A stretch of 64,000 bases of DNA from Styela clava. Its lineage: Eukaryota. Of this stretch, positions 1 through 12,267 are shown in pieces. Location: positions 7,936,001 to 8,000,000 of the forward strand of contig NC_135250.1 of NCBI RefSeq assembly GCF_964204865.1, read 5' to 3'. The notes under the pieces were generated by a model. That model saw only the letters and a program-made list of their open reading frames with translations. It was not told the origin of the DNA and searched no databases. The translations under genes were made by a program, and so were the position numbers. Position 1 is the stretch's first letter. Every line of letters begins with the position of its first letter.

Positions 1-42
1 AGGTCTATTTCGTGTCAAATAATGGAGAATAATTTTTTCCAG

Positions 43-3000
43 CTCTGTGATTTTGGATTGAGCACCATGTCTACACTGACTGAACTTCGAACCAGTTCAA
101 TTATCGCAGGAGGTAACATTACATTTTCTTCAGCACAGTATTTGTATATACAGTAGTTTGTAAACAATCATGATATTACATCATTGTTTCTAATTCCCAA
201 CAAAAGATTTCAGACGACCTCGTTGGATTATAACTCAAATCAACTTTTTCATTTTTATATGATGTCTACTATTATTTAACATAGTGGATATGATCAAAAA
301 AAATAATGGCTGATTGTATATGTGAATAAATTCGGACTAAGCATGGATATATAGTTCATATCGCCACTTGAATGACATCTTCCGCGAAGGGCCTACTGGG
401 GTGTACAAATCAAAATAAAGAACACATTTTAAGATGTCTCAGTAATAATCAAATATTTATATATACTCGTCGGTAAGCTATCGATAGGAATTAACAAACA
501 CAATGACATGACCGTGTACGAATGTTAAATAAATTTATACACAGCCTGGAATTTACTTTGATGACTTCATACACAGCAAGGCGCATTCGACTGTTATAGC
601 AAATTTTTATTGAGTATTGGATAAATGTAATAGCATTCGTCTATGAAATCTTTTGAGTCATAACGGAATACGATAAGTAATGATAAAATGCTTCCGATCG
701 TAAAATGAAATTTATATTTGACACAAATATTGTCACAACATTTTACGACGGAAATGTGGAATTTTACGAGTTATGTTCGATAGTAAGGTTGACTTATTCA
801 TATAATATACCAACAACGCACCCACTTAAAATGTTTCGAAATTCCCTTCTAGTTAGGCTTACCATACGTCCCGGTTTAGCCGGGACAGTCCCGGTTTTGA
901 CAAGCGGTCCCGACGTCCCGCCCGGTAGCCTTAAATGTCCCGGTTATGCAGCATAGCAGTCATTAAAACATTTATATATACAAAGTTTTTTTATTTAACG
1001 GAAGCATCCAATTTATTTCTGATTCACTAGTTAACAAAGGAAGGACTACTGTGTTGTTGTGTCATATGTATTATATGTTCATTGCAATAATTTGAAACCC
1101 AACGTAAACAGCACTGCCGATATCTCATCAAAAAGCCAAATGGGATTGTAGAAAGACGAGTGGCAATAATGTTTCCTTAAAACTTAAACCGAGCATTTAT
1201 GGGACCGTTATAAGATGTGCGCTCATTTACTTTAAAACTGAATTCATCATCATTCCGCGGATTTGCCCGTTTGAGTAGAAAGTCTTGTTGTCAAATTGTA
1301 TAAATTCACACTGTTCAAGTAACAGAGCAGAAATCATTTTGACATTATGAGTACAACTATTGCAGTATGGCAACGAAGGTGTATCTCTTATGTCGATTAT
1401 TGAAATGTTCGAATAATTGAAAAGTTATTCTAACTCTCAATGATATTCTGCTTTTATACAAAATGTTTTGCGACCCCGCGTACGAAATAAAAATATAGCT
1501 AGTTTTGAAGGCCGGTATCTACTCGCAAAGATATGAAAGAAGTTTCAGATATTACTGAGGATCTGAATCGAACCAAAGTTTGTTCGATCCTCACTGTCCC
1601 GGTTTTCTGTTCCAGATATATGGTAAGCCTACTTCTAGTGAGAGTCCACAAATTGCTTTAATTTGAGCCTATATAAGATTGTGGCCTCGCTATAAGATTT
1701 GATAAGGTTTTTCTGGCTCGTGGTACTTTATCAGTCACTAAGATATTTCTTTTATTTATTTCAAAAATTTCTGCGGGCTGTATGAGATTCGATCATCACT
1801 CTGAATTTTTTTTTGTAATGATGTAATCATAATAAAAAATGGCGCTCCGTGCCGTGGCTACGCTATCGCATGTCAGCGATCCAGTGGTAGTCATAGGTGC
1901 GGCCTTCGGCCTCCCAACGAGGGGGAAAGCGCTCACGCGCACATTTACAGCTTCCACAATATTTACCCAGGGGAGTTGGATCTGCTGTTGTAGGATGACA
2001 TAATCGATTAGGCCTACTAAACTATTCAACTTAATATACTATTTATAGGTGTGCTGGGTGGCACTTTGGGTTTTATTGCCCCTGAAAGGTTACGAAACGT
2101 TGAGGCAAAGCCAACCACAAAAGCCGATGTTTATTCGTGAGTCAAGTATATATATAGTGAGATTAACTTACTACATCTGTATTATATTCTTCAATACCCT
2201 TTTTCATACTCCACAGGTTTGGAATTTTGATGTGGGAAATTATGGCAGACGAACAGCCGTTTGCAGGTTAGGAATGCTATTACTTAACAACCATTATTCG
2301 TTTCAGTGAGGGTTACAAAAGATTGGAGACTGCTTGGTTTTTGTCCGAACAGACTAAATAGCATGGAAGTAAAATCCATGTGTCTTACATCCAAACCAGG
2401 GGTCACTAAATTACGGCCCGCGGCGTCCTTTCATCTGGCCCGCAATAACACGAACAAAGTGTTGTCCGAATTTTTTTCCAAGAGATGTTTCCCCAGAAAT
2501 CGACTTCGATTTTTATTTCGTAATATTGGCCAATCAGCAAGATGCAAATAATGACGTAACAACAAGAGAGCTATGCTTAAATATATGGACACGTTACGCT
2601 GAAATTCACTGTGGTACGATACGGTAACTCACCAGCAGGCTGGACCACGGAACCTGTTCGCTGATCACGTGATCAATATGTGTTTGCGAAAGCGCCACAT
2701 GGTGGCAAATTCTGATGACGTCATAGCTCGAAAAAAAAGGAATCCCTAAAGTCCCATAGTATCCCATAGTAGTTTTTGAAATTAATAAAAGTGATAGCCT
2801 TCTAGAAAAAAAATTCCATTTTCAACTACTGAAAATTTCAAAGCAATTGGTCCAGTAATCAAAGAGAAAAGCAACCTTTTAAAAACGTGTAAAAGAACAA
2901 GAACAACAACAACATAATATTGAAACGATCGTTATGTCCACTAACGTGTTCAATAAGCCTTTTCGCATCCACTCATACAGATTTTCAGTCGTAGTTGTGA

Positions 3001-6000
3001 AAAATACCTCATTTTTGCGTTTTTGAATGCAATTCGTTAGTTTTTGGTTGTGTTTCAGAAATTTAAGTATGAATCAAATAAGTCAATCATCACTCTGCCT
3101 TCTTAGGAGGTGTAGTGTAATTGCTTAATAATCTAAAATTATTCTAGGAATAGCTGTGATATAGTAGGCTAAAATTCTCTACCGGTACGCAACAGTTTTT
3201 TGCGAAGGATGCACTCTTGGCGCGTGCTTTCGGCGAAACTGTTACTGTGTACGTTTCTTGTGCTTAAATAAACGTCGAACGTGCATTTTGCGCTAATAGT
3301 ACTGTAATCTCTCGTGTACTGCTCCAATTTCACAAGTCACATTAACTTTTGTACTGCTCACATGCGGCTATGCATGACAGCAGTGTTTTGCTAACAGCTA
3401 ACCTCGGGATAGCTTTCTAGAGATGGACATCTTGTATATTTCTTTTTTTATGATGTTCTCGATCTATATTCTGCGATATAGAATTTGATATCCAAATCTT
3501 CAGAAATGTAGAATTTATATTGTTGAATAAATTGAATGGATTTCCCGACTTTTGTGAATTTATTGTATTGCATTGAAAAAAATATTTGTCCGGCCCGTTT
3601 CAACACAGTTTAAGTCATACCTGGCCGCGGTCAAAAAAGTTTGGTGACCCCTGATCCAAACGAACGTCAATATTTGCCCAAGTTCCGCAAAAGTATTATT
3701 GAATGAGTGGTTTCCAAAATGTTAAAAATATTACCCAATATTATCAATTTGTGCTTCCAACTGTATGACACAAAAATAATAATTTCTTATTTCAAGAGGC
3801 AGCTGATGTATGACTCCCTGTGATATATATGTAATATTCGGAAATAAATAAATTGATATTTAGAACTCGGAACAAATGATTATCATTTGCGTCAAGCAGA
3901 GGAGATGCGACCGAATCCGTCGCTCATTCCAGATGTGTTTCCGAATGAACTCTTAACTATGATGCAGTTGTCGTGGTCACAACATCCAATAGATCGACCA
4001 AGTTTTAAAAGTAAGTTCTAAGTTAAGTTGATTCATATAAGACAAAGTAATATTGACCCATAAGTAGGTATACTATTCGCAAACTTTTCTACCAACAAAA
4101 CGATCAAATAATTTTGAAGTGAAATATTAAAACTTCGATTGCATTCTGAACAGAACTCTCCTAGCAGAGTGGCCTATAACACAAGTGATACGGTGAGCAT
4201 TGCCAACTTTCATGACATTTGACAGATTTTGTCAGCAACATAATTGAGGGGACGCTGGCCCAACGACTAACATGCGCTTGCCTTACCGCGCTTATTCGTA
4301 CATGCTTCGAAAAGCTCGCTGTGTGTAAATGTTGATCCAATAGTCTTTTCAATATTATAAATTACAGACTAATATTATGAATACAGACTAACTTATGTTA
4401 GGATGCAGGTACAGTACCACGATCAGTTTGTAGGTTGGGTTGAGTACGGTACCGGTACCTGTTAGTGGTACACGCGTACCGGGACCTGGTAGTGGTACAC
4501 GCAAACCGGTGCTACAGTACCGTCATAGGATCGGATATCGTGTCAAACTAGTCCATAATGTACCTTAAAACACTGACATATTACGGAAAATTACTTTAGT
4601 ACAGTATCTCTCAGATCAGCTACGCCCAACCACATGCGAATGCAAAGCAAAATCGCAGCGTCCCCTCAAAAAGTGGTTCTGGCAGCAGTCTTCACGCTCC
4701 GTTGATTCGTATGAAAGTTGGTGATTGGGACTCAAAAGCCTTATCTTCCAGAACTACTGAATTGTGTAAACGGCAGCAAGTCCATATTCCTTAATAAAAC
4801 ATTGCATTAAGTTGGTATGAGTTTAAAATATGGTAACTTTTTAATAAAGATTTGAGATGACGGAAGATGAAAAGTTTGACTTAAGCAGATAGTTGATTAC
4901 TGTATTCCTATTTTCAGAACTAGATGAAGATATGCTTTCAATAATTGAACGAATTCAAGACTACAAAGGACAAGTTCGGGAGTCCCGAATTATAATTTTA
5001 AGATTATACGAATCAGTAAGAATACTTTTCTCACCCAGCCTTACTTCTAAATCATCTTATCCATTTCATGGTAGGCCAGCCATCAGGATATGTAGAGGCT
5101 TCTTCGAAGACCGATTCAAGGGACCGAAAGTCCCAGTGTACGCACTGATCTGTGCAACCAAGTCATTCTGTTGTTCCAACACAGTGGCGTACCCATGATC
5201 ATTGGTGGGAGAGACATATAGTTTCTTTTGAAAACTCCATAATACACACAATTCAAAAATGGAGAATTCTGGACAGCGAGCAAAACCTTTAAAAAAGTTT
5301 AAAACATGAAAAATATCATGTGCCCGCTCACCAGCACTCACAAAACAAATAACAAAGATCACAAACCTAGTTAAACGAGGCTTGGGCCAGAAATCGGAAC
5401 CAAGAGGATTTTTAGCCGCGAACGATTTCTGAAATATTTGTGGTAATGCAAATACTGTACCAGTATTGCATTTGCAAAAAATCTTTCTCATCAAAAGTTC
5501 ATATACAGATACAAAATATTATAGACCATCAATTTCTGTATACAGCATTCAAACATATTATTATCGTGTTAGAGGGAAGAAAGGTGTCGGTGAGTTCTCT
5601 AGCCCCACGACCATTACTTAGCTTATATGACTTGAGAGGCTTCCATGAGGGTGTACTTTGTAGACTCATATTACTGTTGAGTGTTGACATTTGTCAGCGG
5701 TTACCAACTACCTTTCGTTACCTCATCACACAGGTTATATCTCGCCATAACACTAAAAAAGTTTCAATGTAACGGTTTCAATCGTCCTCATGGATATATA
5801 TATATATCAAATTCTAACACACCATAACTTTTCTGAGTGATTCAATAGTCTTGCTGCACACTAGCACAATTGTGTCAGTGTGCAGCAAAACTCTCGAATC
5901 ACTCAGGATAGTTATCTTCACTCTTGCATCCTTGCATTATATGCATACGGATCCACCGGCACAAAGGCGTAGAAGGATGAGTATAGTTGGTCCCATAGAA

Positions 6001-9000
6001 ACCCAATCGACAGCACATCATAACTTTGTACTTTTCTTTCTTTACTCAGGTAGGTGGTCAAACGTCATCCAGTCTCGGGTTTCACCAGCCATGCGATTCA
6101 AGTGTACAAATTGAATCATCTGTACCACAAAATGGAGAAGAAACATCTCCGAATACGTCACCCAAAGCGGTCGAAGAAAACACAACGCAAAAGGAGCACC
6201 CTATATCTATGCCCTGTTTAGATAATGAAGAGAGCGAATTTTTCCTCCCTCCTCCCCATTACACACTACAGGATGATACTGTTTTTGTTTCCGATTCCAT
6301 TCGGGCTGTACGCCCTCTGACTTGTGGTAAGCGTTTACAGTGCATGACTAATAGGCAAGAGGACTACTTCGCCAGTCACTTCTAAAATAGGAAATTTATT
6401 TCAGCTATATATATATAAGTAGCAAACATTCATATATACCGTATGTCGAACTCATGCATTTTATTTCAGGACATAGACTGAAAACCTTACTTCAGTCAAA
6501 AATCTTTGTCTTCATTGTTTCCGTTTTTTTATTATGTGGGATATCATCCGTGGGAATATGGTTGCTCGTATCAGAATTCAGTAAGTAACTCAAGATGACG
6601 GTTGTAATAATACACAGGCTACTGCAGTAACTTAGATAGAAACACTAGCAAGTATGACGAAATACTAGTGCCGGGCAACTAAAAATTGTTGAATGGAATG
6701 ATTTCGACGGACATATCAAAAGCAAATGTGGATGGCGAGAAACACCCCCAACCTGAACCCCAGTATATTGCGGGTAAAATATGACGTCATATCTCCGCTT
6801 CAACGGGCACGAGGCATACGATCTTGGTATCAATCGTTAGTGTGTTTCGAGCCCGTTATTATGAGCTATCGCTCGAACCATTCGAGCGTATTGGGCGATT
6901 TAAAGGATGTTCCCCTTTTTTGATATTTTTCTGCTTTTTTCTCTGCAGTTGTATGTTTGTTCATTGAAAATTGAAGCTCGTAAACCACCAAAAATAGCTA
7001 GGGAACATTCGTTCTTTGTTTTGAGACTTCAGAGTAGACTTTGGACTATTCATTTGTCGTCGACACAGGGAATAGTGTTTATGACTGCGGACGAGAGTCG
7101 TCTTTTTATTATTGTTATGCAGTTGATTTCGGTTCTAAAGGGATATTGTTATATAAGACGTATTTGTAAGTTTATTAGGATTCTGGTAGCTATAAATCAG
7201 ACAAGGTACCGTAATGGAGAGTGAGAGCGATTTTGATGCAAGGTAAGTGCAATACCTGCATGCATTCTTCTGCTATTTTTTAAAAAAAATTCTCTTTATA
7301 TTCTGAGAAAATGATAGTTTGTAAGCTGACTGTGGCAATTGTTTGAGCAAGCCTCATAGCTTGGACTTGTTATTAGTAATAATCCAGTCGTTAATCAACG
7401 CAATTTTTCTTTTAGTTCTGGTGACGAGTGGGAAGAGACGAGTGAGTCATCTAGCTCCGATGAAGAGGTTGTCCCAGTCCCGGCTAGGCGCTATGCTGCA
7501 AGCACTGAAGATGTACCAGCTGAAGCAGCAGCGTCAACGGGCGGAATGTTCGGAGCTTCGAGCCCTCGGCGATCACGAGTTTGCAGGGTGTGTTCTGAAC
7601 GGGACAAAAAAGAAAGAGAAAGAGAAGGCAGTAGCAGAAAATTGAAACAAAAAAGGTCTTCATATTGGTGTGAGAAATGCCAGGTAACACTTTGTGTTAC
7701 CCCGTGTTTCGAGAAGTTTCACACCCTCCCAAACTATTGGGAATAGGAATCAAAACTTATGTGCAATATTGTGATGTTGACTTTATCAGAGACTGTGATT
7801 TTTGTTGACTTTGCCAGAGACTGTGATTTTTGTTGACTTTGTCAGAAACTGATTTTTCTTTTTACGTGCACCAAGGTGTTTTATGTACATACTGTGTAAT
7901 TCTTCATTTTCGCTATTATTATTTCGTATGCACACTTTCTTTTCACATTGTTTTTCACCACTGTTATTCACATTCTTTCAAAACTGACTGAATTTAATTT
8001 TTTCGTGTCATTTTTTACTCGTATGTAAATATAAATATCTGATTTTTCGAAAACAAAATTTTCAATTTTTTCGAAAATTTCTGCCATTTACCTGAAATTC
8101 ATCAGCCTACCATGACAATTTCATGTCAGTTAGAGAAAAACTGCAAATTTTCCCAATAAGGTTACACCTCTACCCTTCTTGTGAGTAAGTTTGATATGTG
8201 TAGTGTTTATAGTTTGTGTGTGAGTATTTTGTCTTTGAAAGTGGTCATTTTAGTCATATTTCGGACGAAATTTGAGAGCCGTAAAAAGTGTGTCAAAGCT
8301 GAGCCATGCCACTGGCTTGCTGTTAGAACAGGTGTGAAAAACTTAGTTTCCTGGTGCTGTGCTTGGAGTTGCCTTTCAAAAAAACCAAGAACTGTAGGGA
8401 TTGGGCCTATGGTTAGCTTTTGACAATTTTTTAAAGTTTGTGAATTTTGTTTGAAAACGCCAGGAATATAGTGTTTTTTCGATATCGCGGTCCAGGGCAG
8501 AAAGAGTTAAATTTCATTTTCCACTAAAATTCTAGTCTACTTTTGTTTCCAGCGATAAATATTATATATCTGTAGTCCTAATCGGGTATAGAAAATTTCA
8601 ATATTATCTTTGTCCTATTACGGTCAACTTTTTTTTAGAAGGTGGCCAAGCAGATCCGTACAGTAGATGCATATCAATCGGGGGAACTTGTCACAATTGG
8701 TATGAGCACGACTGCTCCGGGGGTTATAAAACCGGCTTATGTGACGGGGAGTTTTCGAACACTCAATGCTGTCTTCCGTGCAATGCGGCATGTATGAAAT
8801 ATGTGTCAGATTGTTTTATCTTATTTACTAGTTTGTTAATCATATTAATAAAAACCTGAAAAGTCTTAATGATATAAAGTATTGTTTTGCAGGTAAGGAC
8901 GCTGAAGCTAGCTATAAGGACATCCCCTGCGAAGAGATTAATGGGATTTGTAAGCATAAAACTAATTATTGCTCACAAACATACATTAAGGAAAAGTGTG

Positions 9001-9934
9001 ATGGTCCGGAAGACAGGCGATGTTGCCCACCCAATCGTGAGTGCGAGAGTATTTAGAAATGAAATATATACAAATATCTATATATTATTATCCCAAGAAG
9101 TTTTGAGTTGAAATACTGAAGAAATACGATGTCAAAATTATTCAGATAATAGTTATAGAAACCACCAAATATTTAGCTGCTAAATTTTCTAAAATAACTC
9201 TATTATTGACGCGTTCATTCATTTTTAGAAACAAATTACGCTCGTCTTTTCGATGATTGTATGATTTGTATATGTAACGCCTGTTAAATCGTAAATACTG
9301 TATGGTGAAATCAATTGATTTTATGCTGCCTGAAGATACATCGCAAAATATGCAGATCCGACCAATGACATTGACCAACGTGGTACCAAATTATTTGGTC
9401 ATAAACGCGGTGCACGCTTCAGTGGTAGCGGCTCAAACACTGACATATGTCTATTATCATTTCAGCTGCAGACACAGAATGCACAAAACGGGGAGGGATG
9501 TGTCAAAATTGGGTCGAATATACTTGCGTTGCTGGATACAGGAGTGGATTATGCATCGGTGGGTCCGCGATTAGATGCTGTTTGCCATGTGATACCAAAT
9601 GTAAGTAACTTACATATTTTTCTTCCTACCGCTAGTCAACTTCTGCCATCGTTAATTCTTATTTATGCTTAGTTTTCTTAATTTTAATTTTTTTCCGATC
9701 GTAAATCTCAGCATTAAATTTCATCGTGAACCCATACGGTACAAGAACGATAACTTCATACTGACCGGTACTTATGCTATCTTATACGCAGGCTATGATG
9801 ATGAAGCAATATTTCATGATCCGGCATGTGATAGTTTGCATGGGACTTGTATGGATAATACTAATTATTGTGCCAGTGGATATCTACCCGAAAAATGTCA
9901 TGGACCGGACTCCAGGCAATGCTGTCCCCCATAG
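43..9934 (+). CDS. RIPK/TKL-like protein kinase with C-terminal TM helix and four Cys-rich defensin-like repeats (5' part lies outside the window)
   Basis: Manually spliced, phase-consistent GT-AG exons: 43-112 (LCDFGLS), 2049-2136 (GGTLGFIAPE...KADVYS), 2217-2266 (FGILMWEI), 3864-4010 (MRP...W.QHP.DRPSFK), 4918-5015, 6050-6326, 6470-6580 (TM IFVFIVSVFLLCGISSVGIWLLV), 8639-8791, 8893-9036, 9466-9600, 9792-9934 (TAG). Total 1416 nt, open throughout, 471 aa within the window. Confidence 0.85.
854..1631. mobile_element. Non-autonomous hAT (Blackjack-like) element
   Basis: TIRs taggcttaccata / tatggtaagccta; 8-bp TSD cttctagt at 846-853 and 1632-1639; subterminal gtcccgg repeats. Confidence 0.9.
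2397..3653. mobile_element. Non-autonomous hAT (Charlie-like) element
   Basis: TIRs caggggtcactaaa / tttggtgacccctg; 8-bp TSD atccaaac at 2389-2396 and 3654-3661; subterminal ggccc/ggccgc motifs. Confidence 0.9.
2561..2956 (-). mobile_element. Helentron/HINE-like element nested in the hAT MITE
   Basis: Begins aacaagagagctatgc (CTTGTT end on the - strand with a small hairpin); sub-terminal inverted motif ggacacg/cgtgttc; second copy at 47932-48213; the homologous host sequence at ~44880-45110 lacks the insert. Confidence 0.6.
4200..4725. mobile_element. Degenerate fold-back/MITE-like element
   Basis: Inverted pairs ccaactttcat/atgaaagttgg and gaggggacgctg/cagcgtcccctc flank a gtac-rich centre; ends and TSD not resolved. 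Confidence 0.45.
6470..6580 (+). CDS. Transmembrane-helix exon of the kinase gene
   Basis: tttcag|GA...TTC A|gtaag; translates GHRLKTLLQSKIFVFIVSVFLLCGISSVGIWLLVSEF, a ~23-aa hydrophobic stretch preceded by basic residues. Confidence 0.85.
6750..8510 (+). mobile_element. Internally deleted piggyBac (PGBD4-like) element in a kinase intron; left end approximate
   Basis: Encodes the piggyBac C-terminal Cys-rich domain (CRVC...YWCEKCQVTLCVTPCFEKFH); right end ...ggcagaaagag|TTAA (8507-8510); no DDD catalytic core; left TIR not found. Confidence 0.7.
7214..7746 (+). CDS. Spliced mini-transposase: acidic N-terminus fused to the piggyBac Cys-rich domain (~119 aa)
   Basis: Exon 7214-7242 (MESESDFDAS, AG|gtaagt) plus exon 7416-7746 (tttag|T; SGDEWEETSESSSSDEE...RRSRVCRVC...FHTLPNYWE*), in frame with no internal stop. 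Confidence 0.65.
8639..9934 (+). CDS. Four phase-1 exons, each encoding a six-Cys beta-defensin-like module
   Basis: CISIGGTCHNWYEHDCSGGYKTGLCDGEFSNTQCC; CEEINGICKHKTNYCSQTYIKEKCDGPEDRRCC; CTKRGGMCQNWVEYTCVAGYRSGLCIGGSAIRCC; CDSLHGTCMDNTNYCASGYLPEKCHGPDSRQCC. Confidence 0.88.
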
Positions 9935-10244
9935 CTTCCTATAAGTTCTAAACTGGTATGTTCCAAGTCAGAGACTCGCTGTGCGTTTATGCATCTCTGT
10001 ATCATAGAACTGGATACGCAAGGCATTATGCTCCTCACAAAACCTCGTTAATGCAAAATTACATGAGCACAAAATGTTTAGTGTTATGAATCAATGAAAT
10101 AGAGAATAATAGCAGTGAACAAATATCAAAAAGGGTGCTCCCTGTGATACAAACAATTTAAAAACCTTCATACTAAATACCATGCCGTGACAAGAGTACG
10201 GCGCAAACATTTTTATGATACTTCGATTGTGTTATACTAGGATA

Positions 10245-10701
10245 GGATTTACATATTTATCCAAGGGGAGAGGAAAGTCGATAAGACGGAATCCCGTGGG
10301 ATGGGATGGGACAGCACAGATTTTATTTCCCATGGGACACGAAAACCGTATGATTTTCGGGGAAATGACGGTAAAACATGGACATGGACTTCTTATCCAT
10401 ATATTCGAGCATATATATCTCTCTTCTTAGCTATAAAGAGCAAAATATATTCAGCATTAACAATATACTTCGTGAAGGGGCTGATGGACTCATTTATAAT
10501 ATTTATGAATATAAAGTTAACGAAGTCCGTGAATTTTGTTGTTTTGTATGTCTCTTCGTACATGTAGTCCTGTTTAGTAGACGCTAAACTTGAATTTAAT
10601 AATTTTTATTGAATTGTATTCCAATGGGAATCCCATTGGATGGGACAGGCATGCTATGGGATGGGAATGGGACAGGAAAATATGTCCTATGGACAAGCCT
10701 G
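10245..10701. mobile_element. SINE-like 3' fragment joined to a truncated hAT-like MITE end
   Basis: 10245-10290 is the reverse complement of 44670-44713 (ccgtcttatcg.ctttcctctcccc..gataaatat.taaatcc); gggat/gggac repeats end in ggacaagcctg. Confidence 0.45.
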
Positions 10702-11179
10702 AGTATTTGAAATCAGGTTATAAAAATTTGAAGACCTGAGTGGATACCCCGGCCGATGATCAAGCAACTGCTCCTTTTCAATTAAATCTCATAAGTATGG
10801 CTAATGGTACCAATATTTCAGAATGCGGTGACAGAGCATTTGAAATCTGGTTTTCAGTTTAGCAAAATTGTTGTGTTTCTAGTTTTTAGTGTTGCATGTT
10901 ATTGTATTGAAAATGTGCGTATCAACAACATAATACCTTACGGGTTGCAGTAGAGTAGACACTACAGTAAGTAATTTGAGGAGAGTCAGTTTTGTGCATG
11001 TATGGGGGAATAGGAATTTTCAAAAAACTGATAAGACGACTTAATTACTCGGTTACCAGTCCGAGTAGATTATGGCAATCGCTAGCCAGCATATTGTTAG
11101 TAGAATTAGCCACCATCGTTCTCAACGGTCAGAATCGGAGATCTCCAGCATTAAATGGTCGGCGCTTCTGAAGTATGCG

Positions 11180-11385
11180 TACCAAGATGGCGGACACCAG
11201 ACCGCGGTATATGTACCAGGTTAAGATAAGGCCATAATTTTATGTACAAATACTACGGGAGTCACTTGGCTAGTCCCCCGACTCGTAATAGAACTAAAAT
11301 AAGGAAAATTGGAATAAAATTATGACCTAACCATGACCTGGTACACATACTGCGTTCCGGTGTCCGCCATCTTCAGGAGTACCAA
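11180..11385. mobile_element. Fold-back MITE
   Basis: ~60-bp imperfect inverted repeats aagatggcggacacc...ataattttat / ataaaattat...ggtgtccgccatctt; partial second copy at ~22948-23040. Confidence 0.75.
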
Positions 11386-12267
11386 ATGGCCGGCCATAAA
11401 ATCCGCGACTTGACGACTAAACTGCCTCAACGCAATCAAAAAAAACAAGAGAAATACATTTTGGAATTAATTCTTCTTATTTTGCGAATAAAATTGACAG
11501 ATAAATAAACAAGAAAAAGTGAAAACGAAATTCACCACGAGTAAAATAAACCTACTCATTGCTCTCTTTATATTTCATGAAATATGATCATGCACAAGTA
11601 TTAAATGGATGCAATTGGTTGCGGAAGAGAATTCGGTATTAAACAAGACAGATTAGCAAATAGCAAAAATAAAATGATTGATTTCAAAAGAATACTTTGT
11701 GACTTCAAATTACTTTAGGTAAACTATTGCGCCCTACGATTGGACAATCAACAACAAAATATGAAGGCGATAAAGACAGAGCAATAAAAAGGGCGCTGAA
11801 ATTAAATGATGATTGCCATCGGTTCGTTAAAATGAAATAAATTAGTGCTAGACAAGCAATCACGTGAATGGAATTTAGAATAATAAGTCTAAACAAAAAA
11901 TATCCCAAAATGCAAGACAATATGCAATAAGTTTGCTCTTAATGAATGAATCAAATACAATCAGAACGGAAACTTGGATGTACAAGTGCATGGTTTTAAT
12001 CGCTTTTTTCTGGCAACGCGTTACAGATGAGGAAATAACATGATTATAGTCAAAAATGGGCGTTGCATTTGCATAACAAATATCGAAAGAGAGGCCAGGC
12101 AATACTACGTCATATTACGCAAGACGTCTCTCGACTACATTTTTTATATTCCTCTCTTCTCAATTCGCGAGCACATTGCTCAATAACGCAATCACAAGCC
12201 TTCAATTTTAATCGAATTCTCTCGCAAACAATTTTTAAATACTGAAAATATTCCAATTTCTCACACA

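Noticed and set aside
5066-5772. 142-aa and 110-aa ORFs
   Set aside because: They lie in a kinase intron, have no recognisable motifs and are likely chance ORFs.
10262-10701. Complete hAT MITE with a left TIR at 10262
   Set aside because: No matching TSD, and the left part matches the SINE-like tail at 44670-44713 instead.
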